A stretch of 64,000 bases of DNA, from assembly GCF_965641715.1 (NCBI RefSeq), contig NZ_OZ282453.1; one strand, given 5' to 3'. The DNA is from Escherichia coli. GTDB lineage: Bacteria > Pseudomonadota > Gammaproteobacteria > Enterobacterales > Enterobacteriaceae. This document shows positions 25,091-33,469 of the stretch, one piece after another (position 1 is the first letter of the stretch; each line of letters starts with the position of its first letter). Below the pieces are notes generated by a model. It was not told the origin of the DNA and did not search any database. It saw only the letters and a list, made by a program, of their open reading frames with translations. The position numbers and the translations under genes were made by a program.

Positions 25091-26275
25091 ATGAGTGAAA
25101 CTCGTTTTCATGGTGCCCGTGTTACGGAAAATACCGATCTGGTAACAGCGATTAACGATGTTGATTCCAGCGTTATCGGTATCGTGGCAACGGCGGATGA
25201 TGCGGACGCGAATCTGTTCCCGCTGAACAAGCCCACACTGCTGACCCGCGTCAATGACGTGCTGGGAAAATGCGGGACAACGGGGACGCTTTATCGTGCG
25301 CTTAAGGCCATCGCAGACCAGGTGAGCACAAAGGTGATCGTCGTTCGCGTGGCTGAACACAAAGAAGAAGACGGAAAGACGCAGGATCAACTGGTTATCG
25401 GTGGTTCTGAGGATGACGGCAGCTATACGGGGATGTATGCGCTGCTTGTTGCAGAGCAGGATGAAAGCATCGGATACCGTCCGCGTATTCTGGCCGCGCC
25501 GGAGCTGGACACGGAGGCGGTAACGAAATCCCTGTGCGTGATTGCAGGTAAACTGCGCGCGTTTGTGTATGCCTCATGTCACGGCTGTAACACGATGGCT
25601 GAGGCGATTACCTACCGCCAGAAATTCAACGAACGTGAGGTGATGCTCTTATGGCCGGACTTCATCGCCTACAACCCGAAAAGTGGCAAAAACGAAACGT
25701 TCCCCGCACCTGCCTATGCGTGCGGCCTTCGTGCGTACATTGACCATGAGCAGGGGTGGCACAAATCACTGTCCAACGTTCCGGTTAAAAATGTGCTGGG
25801 GATGTCGAAGCATGTGTTCTGGTCGTTGCAGGCCGAAGACAGCGATGCCAACAGCCTCAACAACAAAGAAATCACGACCATTATTCGTCGCAACGGGTTC
25901 CGCTTCTGGGGCAACCGCACACCGGAAACGAACGCCTACATCTTTGAGGTGTATACCCGAACCGCACAGGTGCTGGCTGATTCAATTGCGGAAGCGCAGT
26001 TTGAAACCATCGACAGTCCACTGACGCCTGCGAACGTGAAGGATGTTATCAGTGCCATCAGGGCAAAACTGGATTCACTGGTTACTGCCGGGAAACTGAT
26101 TGGCGCGGAGTGCTGGTATGACGTGGTGGATAACAGCACCACGGATTTACGTCAGGGGCGCGTGCGTATTCGCTACAAATATACGCCCGTTCCGCCACTG
26201 GAAGACATGGAGCTTTACCAGACGTTTACTGATGAATACTTTGAACCCGCATTTGCGGTGCTGGGAGGTGCCTGA
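25091..26275 (+). CDS. FI: Contractile tail sheath protein gpFI
   Basis: 394 aa; extended similarity to P2 FI (FPLNKP, KLRAF, WPDF, DHEQGWHKSLSNV, RRNGFRFWGNRT, YTRTAQV, YTPVPPLE). Confidence 0.9.
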   Translation: MSETRFHGARVTENTDLVTAINDVDSSVIGIVATADDADANLFPLNKPTLLTRVNDVLGKCGTTGTLYRALKAIADQVSTKVIVVRVAEHKEEDGKTQDQLVIGGSEDDGSYTGMYALLVAEQDESIGYRPRILAAPELDTEAVTKSLCVIAGKLRAFVYASCHGCNTMAEAITYRQKFNEREVMLLWPDFIAYNPKSGKNETFPAPAYACGLRAYIDHEQGWHKSLSNVPVKNVLGMSKHVFWSLQAEDSDANSLNNKEITTIIRRNGFRFWGNRTPETNAYIFEVYTRTAQVLADSIAEAQFETIDSPLTPANVKDVISAIRAKLDSLVTAGKLIGAECWYDVVDNSTTDLRQGRVRIRYKYTPVPPLEDMELYQTFTDEYFEPAFAVLGGA

Positions 26276-26787
26276 TGGCTGTGCCAAAACATCTTCGCTT
26301 TTTTACGCTGTTTGTGGATGGTGAAAACGAAGTGGGTAAGGTGACGTCCGTCACTCTGCCTAAGCTGACGCGCAAAACCGACAGCTACCGGGGTGGCGGC
26401 ATGATGGGTGCGGTAAGTATTGATCTCGGTCTGGACGACTCCGCGCTTGATGCGAGCTTTGTCATGGGGGGCGCAGTTCGTGAGCTGTTCCTTAAGTATG
26501 GCGGCACGATTGACGGCACGCTGCTGCGTTTTGCGGGTGAATACTACACCGATGCAGAAAGCGACCTGTATGAAGTCGAAATGCGCGGACGTGTGACGGA
26601 AATTGATATGGGGGAAGCCAAACAGGGCGAAGCCACATCACACACTTACGCCATTAAAAACACCTACTACAAGCTGAGTGTTAACGATCGCCCGTTGTGG
26701 GAGATTGACCTGCTGAACTTCATCTACCGGAAGGACGGCAAGGACATTGTGCCTGACCGTATCCGTTCCGCGCTTGGGCTTGGCTGA
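26275..26787 (+). CDS. FII: Tail tube protein gpFII
   Basis: 170 aa, immediately after the sheath gene (ATGATGGCT overlap); size and position as P2 FII. Confidence 0.85.
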   Translation: MAVPKHLRFFTLFVDGENEVGKVTSVTLPKLTRKTDSYRGGGMMGAVSIDLGLDDSALDASFVMGGAVRELFLKYGGTIDGTLLRFAGEYYTDAESDLYEVEMRGRVTEIDMGEAKQGEATSHTYAIKNTYYKLSVNDRPLWEIDLLNFIYRKDGKDIVPDRIRSALGLG

Positions 26788-26841
26788 TAAGTAATATGCA
26801 GGCGGCGCAGTGCGTCGCCTCTGACTGAAAGGAGTTTCCTG

Positions 26842-27207
26842 ATGAAAGAGACGAAAAACATCGATACCGAAAACACGGTAGTTACTGACACTGTGAAAGA
26901 AACCAGTGAGCGTGGCGTAAAACTTACCCAACCAATTGAGCGAGGCGGCGAAAAAATCACGTATGTGGAGATCACCGGGGCTATTGAGCAGGCTGGATCT
27001 CTGCGAGATTTGTCGCTGTCTGATGTGCTGAATCTGAAAGCGGAATCCATGTTTACGCTGCTGTCACGCGTGACATCACCGCGACTGGATGAAGTGACGA
27101 TCAAAAAAATGGCATCCCGTGACTTTATTCAGTTATGTGTGGTTGCCGTAAATTTTTTGAGCGGTGCGGACTCTGGCGGGAAGAACGAACAGGCGACGGA
27201 AGCCTGA
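26842..27207 (+). CDS. E: Tail assembly chaperone gpE
   Basis: 121-aa acidic ORF between tube and tape-measure genes; carries a slippery site near its 3' end. Confidence 0.75.
   Translation: MKETKNIDTENTVVTDTVKETSERGVKLTQPIERGGEKITYVEITGAIEQAGSLRDLSLSDVLNLKAESMFTLLSRVTSPRLDEVTIKKMASRDFIQLCVVAVNFLSGADSGGKNEQATEA
27153..27159 (+). other. Programmed -1 frameshift site for the E+E' fusion chaperone
   Basis: Heptamer T TTT TTG in the gpE frame; the -1 frame stays open to 27371 (E' extension), the same device P2 uses. Confidence 0.7.
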
Positions 27208-27321
27208 TCACGGTTGTGTGCTTTGAGCACATAGAAGACTTTGTGGCGGATATTGCCGCCATTTTTAACTGGTCGCCCGCCGAAATCTTCATGATGACTC
27301 CCGGCGAAGTGGTTAGCTGGC

Positions 27322-30165
27322 GTGAGCGGGCGGCACTTCGCAGCGGGAATACAGACAATGAAGACTCTTGATATCCGGGTCGCTTTCAGCGCCGTTGACA
27401 GGCTGACCCGGCCTGCCGAAAACGCCCGCCGCCTGATGGGGCAGTTTGGTGACTCCATCCAGCGAACGCAGGGGGCGATCAAAAATCTCGAGCGTCAGGC
27501 GCGTTCATTTGAGCGCGCCCGTGACGCTGTCAGTAAAGCGGATGCTGGCATATTGAAAGCACGACGCCAGCTTAACGCTCTTAATCAGTTACAACGCACG
27601 GGTACAGTGCTCAGCGAAAAACAACAAAAGCTGATGCAGCAGTTAAGCACCCGGCTTGAACGCCTGAATGAATCGCGCACACGGGAAATTCAGAAAATGC
27701 GGGAACTTGGCGGAGAGCTGAAACGCCACGGCATTTCCCTGACAGGCAGCGATAACACCATCCAGCAGGCCATCAGACGCACCGAACAGTACAACAACCA
27801 GCTTGAACGCGAACGGCAGGCGCTTGCGCGTGTAACGCGGGCGCGTGAGCGGTATTCGCGCGCGCAGGAAACCGCGGGAAAACTGAAAACAGGTGGTGCG
27901 CTGGCAATTGGTGCGGCAGCGGCGGGCGGCTATGCTGCCGGGCGTTTTTTGCAGCCCGCGATCGGGTTCGGCAAAGAGATGTCCCGCGTTCAGGCGCTGA
28001 CGCGAATCGACCAGAACAGCCCGCAGTTTAAGGCGCTGCGTGAGCAGGCGTTAAAACTTGGCTCTGAAACGCAGTTCACCGCAGGCGATGCCGCCAGTGG
28101 GCAGGCATTTCTTGCAATGGCTGGCTTCACACCGCAGGCCATTCAGGCTGCGCTCCCCGGAGTGCTGAGCATGGCAACGGCTGGCGGTATGGATCTCGGC
28201 GAGACGGCAGATATTGGCTCAAATATCCTGACGCAGTTCGGCCTTTCTGCTGACCAGATGGACCGGGTCGGTGACACGCTCACCGCAGCGTTTACCCGTA
28301 CCAACACTGACCTTCGCGCACTGGGCGAAACCATGAAATATGCAGGTCCGGTGGCGGGCAAGCTGGGAATATCGCTGGAGCAGGCCGCAGCGATGGCGGG
28401 CGTGCTGGCGAATATGGGTATCAGGGGAAGTGATGCCGGGACGGCAATGCGTGCCAGCCTGGCTCGTCTTGCATCACCGCCAAAGGCGGCAGCAGAGGCG
28501 CTGAAAGAGCTTGGTGTGGCAGTCTCTGACGCGAACGGCAAAATGCGCCCGATGGAGGATGTGCTGGCCGACCTTTATAAAGCCACCCGCAAATACGGGG
28601 AAGTTGACCGGGTATCGTTCTTTAAGGACATTGCCGGAGAAGAGGCTTTCACATCGTTTATGGCGCTCGTTGATGCAGCGGGTGACGGTTCCTTACCTAA
28701 ACTGAGAAAAGAACTTGAAGGCGCGCGCGGTGAGGCTGAACGCACAGCAAAGGTTATGGCCAACAACCTTGACGGCGATCTGAAATCACTCGGCAGTGCA
28801 TGGGAAGGGTTGCGCATCCGCATTGCAGATCTGATTGACGGCCCGCTGCGTTCTGTCACGCAGTGGCTCACGCGGGTGGTATCAAGGGTGACGGCGCTGG
28901 CGCAGGCCCATCCGGCACTGACGCGCCAGCTACTGATAGCAGGCGGTGCGTTGCTGGCAATGACTGCAACGATTGGCTCGTTGTCGCTGGTTATTGGCGT
29001 GCTTCACGGGAAACTGGCCACGTTACGTCTTGGTTTTTCTCTCCTGACCGGATCAATGAATGTCGTCAGGGTGCTGCCAGCACTATGGGGAATGGTAACA
29101 GGTTCCATCTCGTTGCTGGGTGGCGCTATCGGGGCGCTGTTCAGTCCGGTCGGATTGATTGTTGCCGCGTTTGTGGCTGCGGCGGTTCTCATCTGGAAAT
29201 ACTGGGAACCCATCAAGGCGTTTTATGCCGGGGTGTTCAGTGGAATTATGGAACGGCTGGCTCCGTTGCGCGAAACCTTTGAACGGTTTGGTCCTGTTTT
29301 TGATGTCGTGCGCGATGGGATTATTCAGCTCTTTAACTGGTTTAAATCGCTGCTGTCACCGATGGAGTCCAGCAAGGAAACGCTGGATAAATGTACCAGT
29401 GCTGGCGAGATATTCGGTAACGTTCTTGGTGGCGCGCTACAGCTTGTTCTGACGCCTGCAAAAATGCTGCTGGATACGCTGGCGTGGATACTTGAAAAAC
29501 TCGGTGTGCTTCCGGATGAAGCGGAAAGGGCGAGAAAGAAAATCGAAGACGCACAGCGTGCGGCCATTCTTCAGGACAAGGTTGCCTTGCTTCAGGGGGA
29601 CCTGGCGAAAATCAATCCGCCGAAGCCTGTGGAAAATGGCAATGGCACCGGAGGTGATAACCCCAAAGACAATAAACCGCTCACAGACAGCAATACCGGG
29701 ACGCTACGCAGACTCAGCAAAATTGCTGATAACACAGGTAAGCTGGTTGATGAGACGAAAAAACGCATTGGCCCCGGCGATATTGTCTTTAAGAACCTGC
29801 CCCGCGCACTTGCTGTTCGTGGGGAGTGGCAGGAGCGGAAGATTGCGCAGGTCAGTAAGCCTGCCCCCGCAATTAATATCACCCCCGTGGTCCCGGCTCC
29901 GCTGCCTCCGGCGCTGGTCCCTGTTGTTGCGGCCAGCTCCCGCCCGGTGGCGGAGGCCATACGATCTCCAGTGGCATCAGTTCCTGTAACTTCCCGTAAC
30001 CGGGAGCCTGTTGCCTCCGGATTTGGTGGTGAAATTCATGTTCATCTGCATAACGTTGTTACGCAGAATCCCCGCGAACTGGCGAAACTGGTCGGTGAAA
30101 TGGTCAGGGCAGAAATGGAACGGCGCGCCCGTGCCGGGCGTGGCAGTTTTTACGATAAAGATTGA
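27322..30165 (+). CDS. T: Tail tape-measure protein gpT
   Basis: 947 aa, Ala/Gly-rich with coiled-coil N-terminus and central hydrophobic segments; follows E/E'. Confidence 0.88.
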   Translation: MSGRHFAAGIQTMKTLDIRVAFSAVDRLTRPAENARRLMGQFGDSIQRTQGAIKNLERQARSFERARDAVSKADAGILKARRQLNALNQLQRTGTVLSEKQQKLMQQLSTRLERLNESRTREIQKMRELGGELKRHGISLTGSDNTIQQAIRRTEQYNNQLERERQALARVTRARERYSRAQETAGKLKTGGALAIGAAAAGGYAAGRFLQPAIGFGKEMSRVQALTRIDQNSPQFKALREQALKLGSETQFTAGDAASGQAFLAMAGFTPQAIQAALPGVLSMATAGGMDLGETADIGSNILTQFGLSADQMDRVGDTLTAAFTRTNTDLRALGETMKYAGPVAGKLGISLEQAAAMAGVLANMGIRGSDAGTAMRASLARLASPPKAAAEALKELGVAVSDANGKMRPMEDVLADLYKATRKYGEVDRVSFFKDIAGEEAFTSFMALVDAAGDGSLPKLRKELEGARGEAERTAKVMANNLDGDLKSLGSAWEGLRIRIADLIDGPLRSVTQWLTRVVSRVTALAQAHPALTRQLLIAGGALLAMTATIGSLSLVIGVLHGKLATLRLGFSLLTGSMNVVRVLPALWGMVTGSISLLGGAIGALFSPVGLIVAAFVAAAVLIWKYWEPIKAFYAGVFSGIMERLAPLRETFERFGPVFDVVRDGIIQLFNWFKSLLSPMESSKETLDKCTSAGEIFGNVLGGALQLVLTPAKMLLDTLAWILEKLGVLPDEAERARKKIEDAQRAAILQDKVALLQGDLAKINPPKPVENGNGTGGDNPKDNKPLTDSNTGTLRRLSKIADNTGKLVDETKKRIGPGDIVFKNLPRALAVRGEWQERKIAQVSKPAPAINITPVVPAPLPPALVPVVAASSRPVAEAIRSPVASVPVTSRNREPVASGFGGEIHVHLHNVVTQNPRELAKLVGEMVRAEMERRARAGRGSFYDKD

Positions 30166-30171
30166 GGAGTC

Positions 30172-30666
30172 ATGGCCATGATGATGATCTACGGCATGTT
30201 TGTTTTTGAGCTGCGCACGTTGCCGCATCAGCAGTTACAGCAAAACAAAAGCTGGCGGCATGTGAAAAATGAACGCGTTAACCGTTCAGCAAGCTGGCAG
30301 TATATCGGGGCAGGCGATGATCGCATCGTTCTTTCTGGTGTGCTTTATCCTGAAATTACAGGTGGCGAAGTGTCGCTTTCGTTGCTGACCACGCAGGCAT
30401 ATACAGGACGCCCCTGGCCTCTGATTGATGGTGTCGGGCAGATTTACGGCATGTATGTCCTGACCGGAACGAATACGACCCGTTCCGAGTTTGATCGCTA
30501 CGGTAAGGCGAAAAAGATAGAATTTTCACTGACCCTTGAACGCTGTGATGAGGATTTGCGGGAGCGCCTGCAATCCTCATCGTTCAGCGATATGCTGTCC
30601 GGCTTCAAAGATAAGGTGACATCATCTCTTAACAGCGCGGCCAGTTCAGTTAAAGGGCTGTTCTGA
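30172..30666 (+). CDS. U: Tail protein gpU
   Basis: 164-aa ORF directly after the tape-measure gene, the position and size of P2 gpU. Confidence 0.75.
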   Translation: MAMMMIYGMFVFELRTLPHQQLQQNKSWRHVKNERVNRSASWQYIGAGDDRIVLSGVLYPEITGGEVSLSLLTTQAYTGRPWPLIDGVGQIYGMYVLTGTNTTRSEFDRYGKAKKIEFSLTLERCDEDLRERLQSSSFSDMLSGFKDKVTSSLNSAASSVKGLF

Positions 30667-30675
30667 TTTAACACA

Positions 30676-30709
30676 AAAACCGCTAATGGTCAGATTAGCG
30701 GTTATTTTG
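30676..30709. terminator. Bidirectional intrinsic terminator between gpU and the invertase gene
   Basis: aaaaaccgctaatggtcagattagcggttattttgtttt: a 9-bp perfect stem (accgctaat/attagcggt) flanked by A-run and T-run, between convergent genes. Confidence 0.7.
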
Positions 30710-31307
30710 TTTTCTGACTCTTCTCTATTGCTCCGCTTGATTCTCCTGCGGGGTGGTAACGATAAATCGTCGATGTACCAATGCCGTAAATTATTGCCAG
30801 TTGTTTTCTGTCGTGACCGTTTTTAATCAGCCTTGCTATTTGCTCATGCTGTTCTTTTGTCAGCTTCGGGCGACGTCCGCCTGTGCGCCCCCGTGCGCGC
30901 GCTGCTGCCAGTCCGGCCAGTGTACGTTCAACAATTAATTCACGTTCCATTTCAGCCAGGGCACCCATCACGTGGAAGAAAAAACGCCCCATTGGAGAAG
31001 ATGTATCTATGCTGTCGGTCAGACTGCGAAAATTAATCCCTCGCTCCCGTAGTTCCCCGACGAGAGAAATCAGATGTTTCATGCTTCGCCCGAGGCGATC
31101 CAGTTTCCAGACAACCAGCGTGTCACCTTTTTGAAGACGCTTTAAAGCGCGTTTTAATCCCGGTCGGTCTGTCTTTGTCCCGCTTAATTTATCTTCAAAT
31201 ATTTGTTCACATCCTGCACAAACAAGAGCGTTTCGTTGCAGGTCTGTATTCTGGTCATTTGTTGATACCCTTACATAGCCAATCAGCACGCTGAATCTCC
31301 CGTCCAA
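30702..31307 (-). CDS. Serine DNA invertase (Hin/Gin/Cin/Pin family)
   Basis: IGYVRVSTNDQNTDLQRNAL...GDTLVVWKLDRLGRSMKHL...MGRFFFHVMGALAEMERELIVERT, near-identical in pattern to Hin/Gin including the catalytic Ser; C-terminal HTH. True start may lie a few codons inside the ORF. Confidence 0.9.
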   Translation of the reverse strand: MDGRFSVLIGYVRVSTNDQNTDLQRNALVCAGCEQIFEDKLSGTKTDRPGLKRALKRLQKGDTLVVWKLDRLGRSMKHLISLVGELRERGINFRSLTDSIDTSSPMGRFFFHVMGALAEMERELIVERTLAGLAAARARGRTGGRRPKLTKEQHEQIARLIKNGHDRKQLAIIYGIGTSTIYRYHPAGESSGAIEKSQKTK

Positions 31308-31342
31308 AAGCGTAAATCATGCCATGCAGGTCAGAAACGGCC

Positions 31343-31368
31343 ATTATCTAAAACCTCGGTTTACAGGA
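31343..31368. repeat. Invertase crossover site, left (gix/hix-like 26-mer)
   Basis: ttatctaaaacctcggtttacaggaa, an imperfect palindrome of the Hin/Gin site type; inverted copy at 34409..34434. Confidence 0.8.
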
Positions 31369-32374
31369 AACGGTAAACAGGGCTGGTAACGCCGTGCAAA
31401 AAAATGGCGATACTTTGTCCGGTGGGCTTACTTTTGAAAATGACTCAATCCTTGCCTGGATTCGAAATACTGACTGGGCGAAGATTGGATTTAAAAATGA
31501 TGCCGATGGTGACACTGATTCATACATGTGGTTTGAGACAGGCGACAACGGCAATGAATATTTCAAATGGAGAAGCAAACAAAGCACCACAACAAAAGAC
31601 CTGATGAATCTTAAATGGGATGCTTTGTATGTTCTTGTTAAAGCTCTTTTCAGCAGTGAAGTAAAAATATCGACAGTCAATGCACTGAGGATATTTAATT
31701 CATCTTTTGGTGCCATTTTTCGCCGTTCTGAAGAATGCCTGCATATCATCCCTACACGAGAGAATGAGGGGGAAAATGGTAATATAGGGCCACTACGTCC
31801 CTTTACGCTTAATCTCAGAACTGGCCGCATAACTATGGGGCATGGTCTGGATGTTACAGGAGATATAACAACTAACGCCTGGGTGTATGCAAACAGGTTT
31901 GCTATTAATAGTGGCTCAACCTCATGGATTGATATGCGAAACCAGAATGTCATTTTTGGTAGAAACGCAGTATCAACAAGTTCTGCGCAGGCTTTGTTAA
32001 GACAAGACCATGCAGAACGCAAATTTTTTGTCGGTGGACTTGGTAACTACCAGTTTGGTTTTTACATGATTAATAACTCAAGGACAGCCAATGGCACCGA
32101 TGGTCAGGCGTACATGGACAATAACGGTAACTGGCTTTGTGGCTCGCAAGTTATTCCTGGCAACTATGGCAATTTTGATTCCAGATATGTGAGAGATGTT
32201 CGCCTGGGTACGCGAGTTGTTCAATTGATGGCGCGTGGTGGTCGTTATGAAAAAGCCGGACACGCAATTACCGGATTAAGAATCATTGGTGAAGTAGATG
32301 GCGATGATGAAGCCATCTTCAGGCCAATACAAAAATACATCAATGGCACATGGTATAACGTCGCACAGGTGTAA
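31369..32374 (+). CDS. Alternative tail-fibre C-terminal cassette (silent in this orientation)
   Basis: Frame open from the crossover site; encodes ETVNRAGNAVQKNGD..., parallel to the H segment after its own site, and ends ...INGTWYNVAQV like the expressed fibre. No promoter or N-terminus of its own. Confidence 0.75.
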
Positions 32375-32905
32375 ATGATGCAGCATTTAAAAAATATTAA
32401 GTCTGGAAATCCTAAAACGAAAGAACAATATCAGCTAACAAAGAATTTTGATGTTATCTGGTTATGGTCCGAAGACGATAAAAACTGGTATGAGGAAGTG
32501 AAAAACTTTCAGCCAGACACAATAAAGATTGTTTACGATGCAAATAATATTATTGTCGCCATCACTAAAGATGCCTCCACGCTTAACCCTGAAGGTTTTA
32601 GCGTCGTTGAGGTTCCTGATATTACAGCCAACCGCCGCGCTGATGATTCAGGAAAGTGGATGTTTAAGGATGGAGCTGTAGTTAAACGGATTTATACGGC
32701 AGACGAACAGCAACAACAAGGCGAATCACAAAAGGCCGCATTGCTTTCCGAAGCTGAATCAGTCATCCAGCCGCTGGAACGCGCTGTCAGGCTGAATATG
32801 GCAACAGACGAGGAACGCACACGACTGGAAGCATGGGAACGCTACAGTGTTCTGGTCAGCCGTGTGGATACGGCAAATCCTGAATGGCCACAAAAGCCTG
32901 AATAA
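32375..32905 (+). CDS. Tail-fibre assembly chaperone (partner of the silent cassette)
   Basis: 176 aa, [26 protein letters not shown]...; clear paralog of the oppositely oriented 177-aa ORF. Confidence 0.8.
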   Translation: MMQHLKNIKSGNPKTKEQYQLTKNFDVIWLWSEDDKNWYEEVKNFQPDTIKIVYDANNIIVAITKDASTLNPEGFSVVEVPDITANRRADDSGKWMFKDGAVVKRIYTADEQQQQGESQKAALLSEAESVIQPLERAVRLNMATDEERTRLEAWERYSVLVSRVDTANPEWPQKPE

Positions 32906-32933
32906 AAATTAAGGCCCGCGATCGGGCCTTGTC

Positions 32934-33467
32934 TCATTCAGGTTGTTCGGGAAATGTTACTGGCAGGCTGGAGGTGTCTGTAGATTCGACTTTCTGCGCA
33001 TAGAGCATCCACTCGGTTAATTTTTGTTTATTCTCGTCGGAAATGATGCCCAGCCGTAGCTGTGAGTCCCATAGCTGGGTTTTATCCCTAACGAGCTGTA
33101 GCAGGCTTTGCTTTTCATTTTCCGCCTGCTGCCTCTGCTCTTCCTCGGTATAAGTTCGCTTTACCACTACGCCATCTTTGAACATCCATTTACCAGAAAT
33201 ATCAGCCCGGCGATTTGCTGTAATATCAGGAACCTCAACGACGCTTGCGCCTTCTGGATTAATTGCTGAAACATCCTTTTCAATACAAATAATAACGTTG
33301 TTGTGGTCATAGACCATTTTCAACGTATCAGGCTGAAAGTTCTTTTGTTCCTCATACCAGTTTTTCCCATCCTCTGTATAAAGCCATTTGATGTTAAATT
33401 GTTTCGTTAGCTGGTATTGCTCTTTTGTTTTAGGGTTGCCAGCAGTAATATTTTTTAAGTGCATCAT
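32934..33467 (-). CDS. Tail-fibre assembly chaperone (partner of the expressed fibre)
   Basis: 177 aa, [25 protein letters not shown]...; directly downstream of H on the same strand. Confidence 0.8.
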   Translation of the reverse strand: MMHLKNITAGNPKTKEQYQLTKQFNIKWLYTEDGKNWYEEQKNFQPDTLKMVYDHNNVIICIEKDVSAINPEGASVVEVPDITANRRADISGKWMFKDGVVVKRTYTEEEQRQQAENEKQSLLQLVRDKTQLWDSQLRLGIISDENKQKLTEWMLYAQKVESTDTSSLPVTFPEQPE

Positions 33468-33469
33468 AA

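Noticed and set aside
27322-30165. Multiple 60-140 aa ORFs on both strands inside the tape-measure gene
   Set aside because: Shadow frames of a long GC-rich gene; the 947-aa frame is continuous and syntenic.
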